This document shows, piece by piece, positions 25,177-37,685 of a stretch of 64,000 bases of DNA (the stretch's first letter is position 1; each line of letters starts with the position of its first letter). The notes beneath the pieces were generated by a model that worked only from the letters and a program-made list of their open reading frames with translations, did not search any database and had not been told where the DNA came from. This stretch comes from Octopus vulgaris (Eukaryota): contig OX597815.1 of assembly GCA_951406725.2 (NCBI GenBank), positions 104,284,001 through 104,348,000 of the forward strand, given 5' to 3'. A program made the translations under genes and the position numbers.

Positions 25177-26185
25177 GTAAGTATTTATTTAACAGTTGAT
25201 ATTCCCCATTTGTTATTTATTTAACTATGATAGCACTAGAATTCAGTATTTACAGATAATCTTATTCATTTATCTATTTGTCATATCTGTTTGTAGTACA
25301 TGTAAAATCTTGGTATTTGCCCTATAATTCTCAGTCTCATATGAAGAATAACTGTCTAAGCTGAAGATGCATTGGAGGAAAATTTAGAAATGACAACTAT
25401 AAAAGGGAATGATTGAAATATCTGTTTCATAAATGCTTAATTTAATTCTTGATAAGCACCTTGTGTCAACATTCACTTCCAAATCAATTGAATTTTTATA
25501 CAGTTCTTGTTTAGTTTATGTTATTAGTTATGATGAAAGAAATAGTTACGACAAAGTTTCATTAATAATAATGATAATATGGCTTGAGAGATAGGTATTG
25601 TAAAACAGATGTAAAACCTAGAATGTTGTTTAGTGTCACTGAGAAGATAAGTAGGCTACTGCAGATTAAAACAGCAGATTAGTGAGATTGATATGGCTGA
25701 CACCATGCCTAAATATTTGCGAGAAAATCTGAAGGAATGGAGTAGCAGGGTTCATATGCTTGCAACTTCATGAACATAATTAATGGATCGGATGATAGTA
25801 TACAACCAATTGCTGTGTTAGACATAACAGCAAAGAAGCAAGGTTGTTACAAGCATGTTGCATTGCAGTGTCTGTTCACTGTTCATGAGTTTAAATCAAT
25901 ATCTGGTATAGAGTTGCTTTCTTTTTATTAATCCAACATTAACTCAGTTTACCTAAATGTTGCTAAAATATTCTAGATCAATCTGGCAGAGCTCATTCTA
26001 AGTTAGTGTCTGATGAAAACAAAGAGTAGGAGTAGGTGAAAAAATAAAATAGCCAGTTTGAACTCAAACCTTAGAAATTATATTGTTGTAATACTCTGCT
26101 TGTATGAGTATTTAAGTTTGACTTATCTATTGATTTTTTATATCTATTTTAATTATTCCTCTTGTTTTTCTTTATTTTCCAACAG

Positions 26186-26317
26186 TTTCAGTCCTTTTCT
26201 TCGTACAAAAGAGAATTTGTCCCTTTCTAGCCAGAGTTTCTCTCATAAACTGAACTGCAAAAATATTCTCTGTCAGTATGATCTTCAAGGAACCTGCAAT
26301 GACCAACAGTGTAAAAG
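26186..26317 (+). CDS. ZFC3H1: ZFC3H1 exon 14 (three Cys of the CCCH finger)
   Basis: aacag|T ... AG|gtaggg; FSPFLRTKENL...CQYDLQGTCNDQQCK. Confidence 0.9.
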
Positions 26318-27455
26318 GTAGGGAATTTTTCAAAATGTGAAAGTTCACTTTGCTCCCAACTTTCAATGTTATTATTATTGTTTTAACCTGCCTGGTGTTC
26401 CTATTGGTTTCTTTTGTACAAATTTGTGTTTGTTTTAAAGTTTTAACTATTATAATTTTATGCAAGGAACTGTTTCAAACAACAGATTGATAATGAAAAC
26501 CTGAATTATTTTACTATATCCATCCAGATTATCAACCCCCCACCCCAAAATAATTGAAATACAGTGTATTTTCATTTAAAATATTGTGAAAAGGTTAATA
26601 GTGTAGTGAGTTGGTTGAAACTATAGAGCATCTTTCCATTGACTTCTTGGAGAGGCTTGAAAAGAAAATGTGAAGTACTAGGAATACTTTTATATATGAG
26701 ACACATATGAGGAATGATTAATTGTAGAGAAGGAGAGTAATAACAGCTACCTGATGGATGTCAGTAAAGAGTGGTAATAGATGAAATATTGGGTAATATA
26801 GAATGATTGGAGAAGGAGCAATGGTTGAGAGAGAAATGGATTATGGTAGCTGGGAATGAATAGGGACAGACTTAGTTCACATGATGAGACATTGTTTTCT
26901 GTTTCATAGGTGGCAGATGAAAGAAAGAGCTAGTGTTATGAGCTAATGTGTACAAGAGACCCAAATGTAGATATTTAACATCCTAACTTTCACAACCATT
27001 AGTATTGCTTTTACTACTATTTTTTCCATGTTGTCTATTTGATGGATTTCCAGCATAGCGTTTTGCTATAAATTGCAGTCATTTTTCACCTTCATGAGGT
27101 TCAGCTACTTGAGATCAATCTTCACCTCTTTTCCCTGTCATCTTTGCCTCTTCCTTCCATATGTTCCATCCGTTTGACATTTTCACTTCCTTACACATCT
27201 GATATCTAGTGTAGTCTTCTCTCTAGTACACTACACTTAATTCCTCTTATTTCCAGTTTGTCTCTTAGCTTATTTGTGCTCTGATGCTAACATAAAGAGG
27301 GAGATATAGAAGATAATTAGTGGGAATGCTTGTGGAAAAGAAGCAGTTAATTTATTTACAATTTTGAGATTTTGTGTTACAATTGTTTAGCTGTGTTTCA
27401 TGTAGTTTCGTATATTAGCGCATTCCTAACCATTTTGTATTTTTCATTTTTCAAG

Positions 27456-27577
27456 TCAACATTTGAAGGATTGTTCCATGTCAACACAGGAGATTTTACA
27501 AGATATTGTATCCTATGCTCCTGCTCTAACTGGTGCTTCTAAGGAACAATCTGGAGAAAAAATAGCTGGCCAAATTT
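27456..27577 (+). CDS. ZFC3H1: ZFC3H1 exon 15 (His of the CCCH finger)
   Basis: tttttcaag|T ... T|gtaagt; SQHLKDC...EILQDIVSY. Confidence 0.87.
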
Positions 27578-28989
27578 GTAAGTGTTATTATTTGCTTTTT
27601 TTAAAATGTCAAAAGAATCACATATTAAAACAATAAACAGTGTCATCAGTCATCATTTAACATCCATTTTCCATGCTGGCATGAGTTGGATGGTTTGACA
27701 GGAGCTGACCAGCTGAAGAGCTGCCCAGGCTTCATGTCTGTTTTGGCATGGTTTCTACAGCTGGATGCCAGCAACTTTACAGTGTACTGGGTGTGTTTAC
27801 ATGGCATATGTATGGGTGCGTTTTAGAGTTAAAAATGCCCTGTTGCATATAAAGGACACTGTTTCACTTACCTGTGTCATTACAGATATTTGTAAAATTA
27901 GTTTACTAATTATGTCTTCTGCAAATGCAGTTTATGTATCTTGAATTTTAGCCAAGTTTAATCAAATTTTATGTTAGAACATAATTTCAACATAATTTTA
28001 CTATTATTGTAAGGTTGACATTCATTTGGGGTTCAAACAATTGAATTTTTCTTTTCTTAATTTTTTTTTTAGTAATGCTTATACTATGATAGACTACACA
28101 GCTATGGCTATATCTTTTATCTAAGCTGTGTTTTACTGATAAAGTGGAAGATGAAGTAGATATAAAGTGAAACTTGTAGGAATCCAACTCACATCAATCA
28201 TGTTAATAAAATCTCTAAAAATATTTGGAATGTGGCTTTGGTTTCTTTAAAACTGATCTGGTTGAATACTGAAGGCTACTTTTACTACTGGGATAGTATT
28301 GTAATATTTTGTGATAATTTTTATCTCACTTGTAAATTTGGATCAGAACAAGATACTAAAATGTTCATGTAAAGACTGAAAACGGTTTTTTATTGACTGT
28401 CAGTATATATGGTACTCATAAAAGTATCATCAGAAATTACTTTGAAGTGATAACACTGAAGTCACCACTAAGGAAATGTGTTCAATTTCCATATCCCTTA
28501 TCTACATTTTAAGATTTAATCAATGCCCATTCCCTTTCCAAGACTGTTAATATTTGTACAGTTTGTGTTCAGAAAAATATCAGTATCGCTGAATTTCAGA
28601 AGGTTTTTCTAGAGAAGAAGAATTGTAAAAATTGGAACACGGTATGAGTAGCACGAGAAAGATAAATGGATGTGTCAAATAGGCCTAGGTGGAGGGGGTA
28701 TGGCATTAACTAGTTTGAGAAAGCAGATGCTTTTGTAGTAACTGAAGGTTATGGTGTCTGTTGGCCAAGGGTTGTGTTGATGGGTCATTGCTGTCTTCCA
28801 CATTTAGTATCTGTACAACATACAGTTTGAGGAATACATAAGTGAATATTAAAAAAGTTTTTAAAATCTAGGAATCCAGTATATAAGAACTCATTAAGGA
28901 AGTTCCTGATATGTCATTCTGCTATTGTATGTCAAGAAAAATATATTAATTACTACTCATCATTTTGTCTTGCCTTTTTTCATTTCTAG

Positions 28990-29091
28990 GTGATTATGTA
29001 GAAAATATAATGAATCAAAACCAAGGTAGAATGACTGTTGATGAATTGTGTTTACTTCAGATCAGCAAAGTAAATGAATTTGTGCATCATG
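28990..29091 (+). CDS. ZFC3H1: ZFC3H1 exon 16
   Basis: tttctag|GT ... G|gtatgt; YVENIMNQNQGRMTVDELCLL. Confidence 0.87.
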
Positions 29092-29863
29092 GTATGTTTC
29101 TTAGTCTTAATTATTTTTTCACGTTCTTGTAATTTTCTCTGACTAGTCTTGATAATATTCCTGCAAAAGTTTTATTCATTTTAGCTTATTTCCTTGTTTG
29201 AAATTAGACTAACCACTGCTCTTTTCCCCTCCAGTAACTTTTCCAGGTACTTTTTTAAGTAGAAAATGCATCTTTCTCTGTGTTTGTTTTAAATAAAGCT
29301 CAACAAAATGTGAATATTAATACAATAAAATAACAATAAAAAAGTGTGTTCTTATTTAGGCAACTTGATCTGATATTTTGAAACTGAAACATTTACATGG
29401 TGGTAGTTATTATTGTCCTTTATAACACATTTTATTTTGTAATATAGTATACTCTTAAGTGTCAATGGTTTTTGTTACGTATATACAATTTTGTCACTGA
29501 CACTATTCCATTATGCCTGAATGTAGTGGAATGGCATGTTAATTACCAGTTGTAGATGCATTACAAAATATAGTCATAGCAAATTTTAAAATGTAGTTCT
29601 CAGAATCCTAGTGATTTATGATACCTGTATAAAGACATCGTTGAAAGGAGAATCATTCTAGAAAAAATGGAGAAAATAATAAATCAAAAGTTTTTTGGAA
29701 GAAGTTATTTTTATTGCATCATTGTGGTCAATATTAAATTAATGAAGCATATTCTGTTGTGTCTGGGAAGATTCATTTTCTTTTTGTGCCTTATAACATA
29801 ACACACTCACCAGTAAAATTCCCACCTTTTTCTTATTTTTATTTTCCTAAAATTTTCGTTGTG

Positions 29864-29918
29864 TCTTGCAACCTTTTCAATAGTTTTGACTCTCAAAACT
29901 ATTGAAAAGGTTGCAAGA
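29864..29918. repeat. Perfect 26-bp inverted repeat with 3-nt loop
   Basis: tcttgcaaccttttcaatagttttga-ctc-tcaaaactattgaaaaggttgcaaga. Confidence 0.95.
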
Positions 29919-30779
29919 TGCGGAAACCGGACGTTAAACGATGATGATGATGATTAATTTTATTGTTCATGCAGCAAGACATTAATCAATTGGTCCTCTG
30001 GTCCCAGTTAAGTTGTGATATCATTTTGGGATTAATCATTTAAATTATAATGGAAAAGAGTGAATTTTTAAAACTTAAATGTGATAACACGTTGAAAGAT
30101 AAAGATTTTTCACTATGTCATTTCACACAAATAATTAGAAAAAAGCTACAATAGCTTACATAGAAGCATTACTTTAACCTGGAGAAAACACATACAATTA
30201 AATGCTTTTAAAACCTGAAGCAGATATGAGTGAAATCTGGGTGAAAAGTCAGTTAAAAGAAATCATAGGAATTCCACTTACTACTTATACAAGTTGCTCC
30301 TAATATTAAGGATTTATCATGTAACTTCACAACTGCTTGAATTGTCTTCAGAATTGTTTGGCACACAAATGGGCAAATCATCAGATGTTACTGGTCTTAC
30401 TGTGTTGCAGTTTTATACCCCATACCAGTGTATCAAAACTGAGCTCCCTACAGATAACGAATCATAATATAGCAATATCTGAAAATGCATGAAAAGCTTG
30501 TGACAACTTTTTTATCTCTGATCTCAAACTCTGCCAATTAATAGTTTATAGCCATTTATAATAGTCTATTAAAATATTATTGAAATGGTATCATGTCCCA
30601 AAATTTCAGGATTTAATTAGTTCTATGCCTACTACAAATGTGCCAAAGCTGACACCCCTGTGGTTTGTACTTTTGGATTTAGCTAATCTGAAAACACATG
30701 TAAAGCTTATGCTTGCGTCGTGAAATTACCTGTTTGGTATATGCAATGAAATAGGCTTTACATAAATATTTAAAACACT

Positions 30780-31065
30780 AACTGGCCCCGTACCATGAAT
30801 AATGACAGCTAATTGTATTTTATATGTGAATAAGGTACAAAACCAAGTTTTTAGTTTAATAATTCTTTTATTACCAAATTTTTTTTGTGAAAAATCTATC
30901 CATGACCAACATCCCTTGACTGCTTGTTTCCTTCAAAAGAATTTTAAAGTTTTCCTTACTTCTTGTATGACTTAAAGCCACATAAAGCTGGTCATGACTA
31001 AATGTGGGAGCTAGCGAGTAAATACCAAATATGCAAAGTTGAAACACTATTTTTCTTTTCAGCAT
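30780..31065 (-). pseudogene. Helitron PIF1-like helicase C-terminal remnant
   Basis: GIYSLAPTFSHDQLYVALSH resembles FSHGQLYVALSR (helicase motif VI). Confidence 0.7.
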
Positions 31066-32282
31066 TGAATGTTCACCATCCCACTTCTATTGCGTGCGCA
31101 CACACACACAAACATTCAGGGTTGAAACGCTGTTTGATTCTTTTTTTTTCACTGTAGAATTTCCATCATCCCACTACCTAGTTTGCCATTGCCTGATCTA
31201 TCATCCTTGTCTTATATGCTGTGACAGAAAAACACAAAACTATTATAGTAAATTTCCCCAAAAAGTTTCATTTTCAAGAACCTGAAAAAAAAAGAGATGG
31301 GCAGCTGCTATCCCATGGACACTATTATTCTGTGTAATTTGAAGATGACTTTTATTGCTGTTTCAAAGATCACAAATATCGCTAATTATTCATCTAGGCC
31401 TAATTAGGCAAGATTTCAACCAATTTACAAGCCATTCAAATTGTCATATTTCCTAAAATATTCATCCAAATTTCACAAATGCGTCAGAATGTTTCTTTTT
31501 GCATGCTCTCCAAGAAAAGGTACAATAGAAGTATTTTCAAGAATTCATAGTGATACCTTTTTTTAGCCTTAATTTTATGTAGCTGGACAGGTCTTTTCAA
31601 GCACAGCAAATCACTAATTTTCTCAGTTCTTTGTCATCTCCTCTTTGAGGCTCAACATCTGAAGATCATTTTTCATTACTTCATTCCATGTCTTCCTCTT
31701 CCACAAGTTCCCTCCACATTTAGAAATCAGCCTTTTATGTGAATAGTATTTTCTGTTTATACAACAATAATTAATTGAATAGTGAGATTGATAACAATTC
31801 AGCTCTTGAAAATTTGCAGAAAAAAAAGAAAATTGTCAGTCACTCCATTAGCTTTTCTTTCATTTTACTACCTTTTCCAAATAAATGTAATTTATTTTAC
31901 TATAATCATGTTATCAATTTAAAAACCTTTTAGGGTTTGCATATTTTATAAGAAAATTAAGGGTTCAGCAGGGTAAGGAAATAATAAAAAGTTTGAAAGT
32001 CACTGCTTTGTATATGTATGCACGCACATACATTATTACCACAAAAGTATGTATCAATGTGTGTCTTGAATACTTATTAATATTGTGTTAAGTATCAAAT
32101 AGTCTCCTATTCAATGGATTAAGTGAAGATATATTGATTGGTGATGAGAAATCTTGTATATTTTGTGTTGAGAGAGGGAGTAGGAGACAGGATGTATGCT
32201 AGAATGGATGATGGGTGAGAAAGTGTTGTGAGAGAAAGTAATAAAGTTTAGTCAAAATAAAGATAGAGAGCATGCACATTAA

Positions 32283-32503
32283 TCCGTTAGCATTCAGATT
32301 ACTCTCTCAAATGTAATGTTTATTTATTCACATTATTTTGAGTTAATCATGCATTAACTTGAGCTAAGATATTTCCATGATGTGATTGCTTAGCTTTAGA
32401 AAAAATATTGTAGGATAGGTATGAGAGGCCAGATGTGGCTAGTTTTAACATAAAAACTGGTAGAATATTTAGACCAGATATGGCTGGTTTGAATGCTAAT
32501 GGG
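32283..32503. mobile_element. piggyBac-type MITE
   Basis: TTAA-tccgttagcattc ... gaatgctaatggg-TTAA. Confidence 0.7.
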
Positions 32504-32656
32504 TTAATGCTGATCGCCAGTCACATAATTCGTTGATTTAAAAGCTACTGTCTTAAGCAGTAACCTCTGCATGGTTACTATAAAAAATAGCAGCCAAATC
32601 TCTCAAGTAACATTTAACTATCTTCAAAAAAATGAAAGGACATATCCTATAATTTA

Positions 32657-33096
32657 CAGTTCTATATTTAAGAGATGAGGAATTATGTACATTATTTACA
32701 TTTGATGGATATTGTCCTCATCTTGTTTGTTGTTAACGCAACATTTCGGCTGATACACCCCTCCAGCCTTCATCAAGTATCTTGGGGAAATTTTGAACCT
32801 GGGTTCTCGTTCCTAAGGTATTTTTCGATGTTATTATTATTATACAGGTCACTGCCTGGAATCGAACTCGGAATCTTGATGTTAGTAGCCTGTGCTCTTA
32901 ACCACTATGCCATATTCCCATGGGCAGTTATGGAGTGAAGTTTTAGGGCTTATAAGTCTAATAAGGAAGGATAGGTAAATATTAGATTTGTAAGCCAAAA
33001 AAATGCACTCCATAATTGTCCACAGGTATATGGCGTAGTGCTTAAGAGTGCGGGCTACTAACCCCAAGATTCCGAATTCAATTCCAGGCAGTGGCA

Positions 33097-33139
<43 letters not shown>

Positions 33140-33289
33140 TAATAATATTAATAACATCAATAAAAAATACCTTAGGAATGAGAACCCAAGTTCGAAATTT
33201 CCCCAAGACACCTGATGAAGACTGGAGGGTATATCAGCCAAAACGTGTTAACAAACAAGATGAGGACAAATATCTGTCAAATGTAAATA
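32657..33289. mobile_element. Foldback element; each arm has a tRNA-like head, (AAT)n and a hammerhead-like motif
   Basis: Arms 32657-32963 and 32980-33289 are inverted copies around a 16-nt spacer; left end is TA|CAGT, right end truncated. Confidence 0.8.
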
Positions 33290-33699
33290 TATGCTATATT
33301 GATATACTATACTTGAAAACAAAGCATGATGGTCATGGTTGGAACCCTTTTGATCTTAGGTCTGCTAAATAAGGGTTGGATTGAGTTTAAATAACTACAA
33401 AAGTACAAGATACCTGACGACGACGATGATGATGATGATCATCATCGTCGTTTAACGTCTGCTTTCCATGCCGGCATGGATTGGATGGTTTGACTGAGGG
33501 CTGGCGAGCCAGAAGGCTGCACCAGGCTCCAATCTGATCTGGCAGGATTTCTATAGCTAGATGCCCTTCCTAATGCCAACCACTCCGACAGTGTAGTGGG
33601 TCCTTTTTACATGCCACCGGCACGGGAGCCAGTCAGGCCGCACTGGCAATGATCACACTCAAATGGTGCTTTTAACATGCCACTGGCATGGGTGCTAAT

Positions 33700-34220
33700 C
33701 AAGCAGTACTGTCATCGACCATGACAGTGGTTTCACTTGCCTCAACAGGTCTTTGCAAGCACAGTTTATTGCCCAATGATAGGCCATGGTTATGGTCTCA
33801 CTTGGCTTGCCAGGTCTTCTCAAGTACAGTATATCTCCAAAGGTCATTATCATTGCCTCAGCGCGGCCCAATGTTTGAAGGTCATGCTTCACCACCTCAT
33901 CCCAGGTCTTCTTGGGTCTACCTCTTCCACAGGTTCCCTCTATTGCTAGGATGAAACACTTTTTCACACAGCTGTCCTCATCCATTCACAACACATGACC
34001 ATACCAGTGCAGTTGTCTCTCTTGCATGCCACATCTGATGCTTTTTAAGTCCAACTAGTCCCTCAGGGCACTTACACTCTGTCGTGTATGCACACTGACA
34101 TTACACATCCAGCTGAGCATACTGGCTTCATTCCTTGCAAGTTTATGCATGTCCTCAGCAGTCATGGCCTGTGTTTCACTGCCATGTATCATGGCTGTTT
34201 GCACACATGCATCATAGTGT
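33700..34220 (-). mobile_element. RTE-type LINE 3' portion
   Basis: EGTCGRGRPKKTWDEVVKHDL, a typical RTE C-terminal motif, contiguous with the (GAT)n tail at ~33420. Confidence 0.75.
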
Positions 34221-34234
34221 TAAGAGTATTGCTT

Positions 34235-35105
34235 TTATACAATTTTGAAAATATAACAAATCAGTAACTTATTTATGCTGGCAGTGAAGAATTCTTGAGA
34301 GCAAGAGGTGATGAAATCACAAAAGGTTGTTTTTACCTCTTCAGATTTGAAGCCTCCTTGCAAAAAGTTGTCTAATGCCTGGAAAACGTGATAGTTGTTG
34401 CAAGGTCTGGTGACTATGGTGGATGACAGAGTACTTGCAAGTTCAGTTCCTGTAACTTGAGTAGCGTTCTTTGCGCAACATGTGGTCAAGCATTGTCTTG
34501 CAAGAGAATTGGCCTGTCTCTGTTGACCAATCTCGGTTGTTTAACTGCAAGTTCATTTCATCGTTTCATCCAATTGGCTGATGTATACATCCACTGTAAT
34601 TGATTTACCAGGTCTCATGAAGCTGTAGCAGATGACATCAGTGCTAGACCTCCACACAAACACAATTATCTTTTTTTGGTGAATATTGTTTTTTGGATTG
34701 TGTTTTGGACCTTTGTCTCTATCCAACCACCATGCAGAATGCTTGCTATTGTTGAAAAGAATCCATTTTTCATCACATGTAACAATACGATACAAAAATG
34801 GTTCGCTTTTATGCCATGACAGCAAATCGACTGGCCCCCTCCCCCCAGATTTCAGGCCTTTTACCTTTAGTAGAAAGGATTATCCATCTTGGTCTCGGGT
34901 CTACCATGGGGCTACTTTTCAGGAGTAAAGTCACCAGACCGGAACTTCTTGGCTCATTTGCCACACCTCCAGACACCTCATTGGTGTTTCAACTCATATT
35001 CATAAACAACACACATTTTTTATCTATCCATGGGTTCACAAAAATTGATTTACAAGAGAAAACTTACTATATAATCAGACACCATGAATTGCATTTTGAA
35101 AAGTG
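34235..35105 (-). pseudogene. Decayed mariner transposase
   Basis: FLYRIVTCDEKW (first Asp of DD34D), HQKKIIVFVW, PGKSITVDVYISQL, YHVFQALDNFL. Confidence 0.85.
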
Positions 35106-35772
35106 ATGTAACTTTTCAATGTTGGATAACAAAAAAATTGTCAGGATAAAACATTAGTTAACAAATGATAAATCTTGACTGCTTATTGTAGCTTCCTAAG
35201 CCGATTCAATTGATTCTAATAACTAGTCATAAATGTGGCTAGTCATGTCAATTCAGTTTGAAGATGAACCAATTACATAGTTGATTGACCTGCTAGAAAT
35301 AGCAGCCAAATCTCCAGCATATCAAGCCCCACTATCTTAAAAAAAGATTGTCACAATTGGAAGTCTTTTGGTCATATTCTTGTTGGATCAAGGCTAACCT
35401 GGGCCAAACAAGTATTAATTGACATAAAAAAAAAAGTTTAATCTTTGAGTAAAAAATAAACTATTCAGATAATAATTGGGGTACATTAATAGGTACTTAT
35501 TGAAAATATTAACTAAATTACACACTTAAACATGATTTGTACTTTATATGATCAACCCCAGAGGAATGAGAGGCAAAATGACTTTGGTGAAATTTGAAAT
35601 TGGGATTTAGAGAGCTGGAACAAATACATTTCATTTCAGCCAATTCACCCAACCTTCGTTGATATAATGTTGAGATCTCTTTGCCAGGAAATCACTATAG
35701 ATATTAGCTATTATCATTCTTAAATGAATGTCTTCTCACCAGTGTAATATACAATTGGCTTTTTTTTTCCAG

Positions 35773-35895
35773 TTCCTCCACATACCATGTTTTTTGAACC
35801 ACGATGTTGGAAACCAAATCAAGAAAGTCTGCCTGATACTGTAGTTGACATTGACAAAATTTACACTCAGGAAACTGATCTCAACCCCCTCTTCA
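35773..35895 (+). CDS. ZFC3H1: ZFC3H1 exon 17
   Basis: ttttccag|TT ... A|gtgagt; PPHTMFFEPRCWKP. Confidence 0.87.
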
Positions 35896-35983
35896 GTGAG
35901 TATATATCTTGTCTTATTCTGGATATGTTACTTAATTACCAGACTTCAAATGTAGCTAATTAAATGTATCTTTGTGTTGACAG

Positions 35984-36167
35984 TGAGTTCAAAACCAGAT
36001 GTTTTGTCTGAGTGGGAAGATATAATTGAAGAACAAGATGTACGTTATTTCGATATTGGTAACAATACAGCAGCAATCCTAGATTTGGAGGCTGCTGTAC
36101 TGGAGAATCCTCAGAACGAGCAACTGTGGTTGAAACTTGCATACAAAAAGTTGTCTAGTCGAAGCAG
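35984..36167 (+). CDS. ZFC3H1: ZFC3H1 exon 18
   Basis: gacag|TG ... AG|gttagt; DVRYF...LEAAVLENPQNEQLWLKLAYK. Confidence 0.9.
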
Positions 36168-36513
36168 GTTAGTAGTTTTTCTGGAAAAGTTTAATTTTTT
36201 TTGTGAAAACAGGAACCCACCCTGCAGTAAAACAATCTTGCCTATTTTAGTTTTCATATTTTAAATAAAACCTTTTATAATTTTATCTAAGAATCATTTA
36301 TTATGTTTCAAATAGCAGATTAATAACAAACAGGTTGGTTATTTTACTAAATTGCTCAATTCCTTTATATTTCCAAAATTAATTGGGAAACATCTGTACA
36401 TTTAATTTTATGACCAAAAATGAGTTTAAAATGTTAGTTGTCAGGATTATTCTGCTGATTAATGATTCCATTTGTTTCCATATGTTCATTTTAATTATTT
36501 TTTTCTCTTTTAG

Positions 36514-36706
36514 TGATGCTGAATCAGGTCACCTAGATCAAGCTTTGAATGTATTAGCACGTGGTCTAGAAAACATGAAACAGTCTCCAGATCTCTGGCA
36601 ATATTATTTACAGTTGTATAGTCAACATCCAGACAGCAAAAAGGACCTTGTTGATATGTGTTGTGTTGCCATTCAAAATGCTCCTTCATATACTTTATGG
36701 TGGCAG
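36514..36706 (+). CDS. ZFC3H1: ZFC3H1 exon 19
   Basis: cttttag|T ... CAG|gtaaat; LDQALNVLARGLE...LWQYYLQLY. Confidence 0.9.
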
Positions 36707-37039
36707 GTAAATAAGAGAAATATATTAATTATTGGTAATGTTTTTCTGAACATCATTGACAATATAATCTATAATCTACCAGGAGGGAAGTTCACCTCAT
36801 TGGTTAATGTCCTGGTTATCCCTGATTCAGTAGTTCTTTGCTGAAAGGTGTTCAAACCTGTCCTTTCACACACACACACACAGGACTGCATTATCCTAAT
36901 GTGTTCTCCCATTAAAAAAATATGGTAGTGTGATCTGAAAGAGATTTGTTAGCTCTTTCTATCACCTTGAGTGACAACATGGAGGTGAGAAGTTCACTGT
37001 TGGTTCTAAACAGAAGCCAAATGATAAGTTTAGTTGTTA

Positions 37040-37200
37040 TCAATGTCTGGCAGAATCGTCAGCACACTGGACGATATGCTTAGCAGTATTTCGCCCGTCG
37101 ATACATTCTCAGTTCAAATTCCGCCAAGATCAACTTCACCTTTTGTCCTTTCGGGGTCAATAAATTAAGTACCAGTTGAGTACTGGGGTCGATGTAAGAA
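37040..37200 (+). mobile_element. SINE with Meta/MESC-like central domain
   Basis: gttcaaattccgcc (B-box-like) then cctttcggggtcaataaattaagtaccag; fragments at ~14905, 35490-35600(-), 38220, 49130-49200(-). Confidence 0.6.
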
Positions 37201-37505
37201 TTTGCTGTTTTTTCCTTTCTTTCTATCCAATAGCAGGAAGGCCCTACATTCATTGGTGCTTTCCTCTTCCTCCACTGACTAAGCCATATGCAAAAAAGTT
37301 AATGTGCAACATTGTCCCCTAAATGCAACAAGGCTGAAGATACAGTGAAATATATTAGCTTAAACATGACTTCATTGTATTCACATGGATTCACCTCATA
37401 AGCATGTAATGTTAAAATTTGATGTTTTAGTTGTTAAGGAGAAATAATTCACTGGTAATGTCACTTTTGTAAAATGAATAATTGCACTTTGTATATATTT
37501 TCTAG

Positions 37506-37685
37506 TACCTCTGTGCTACGGAAAACTATTTCAGTAAGATTGAAATATGTAAGCAGATGCACCAATATTTAAAGAAGCAGGAGCCCAGTGAAGTAGTATC
37601 ACAACATATCACTGAAGTTTCACTATACCGATTGGGTATTACAGTTGTTAGTAATCGCTTCAAAACTGGATTGTTGTTTTTCAAG
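37506..37685 (+). CDS. ZFC3H1: ZFC3H1 exon 20
   Basis: ttttctag|TAC ... AAG|gtaaga; 60 codons. Confidence 0.87.

Noticed and set aside
26910-26946. Alternative acceptor gtttcatag|G giving CKRWQM after the finger cysteines
   Set aside because: Lacks the His, stops after 12 codons, has no donor and lies in purine-rich repeat-like DNA.
33025-33095. Functional tRNA gene; TACTAAC at 33056-33062 as a branch point
   Set aside because: No complete cloverleaf or acceptor stem and it is embedded in a repeat. TACTAAC is the anticodon-loop remnant and lacks a following pyrimidine tract.
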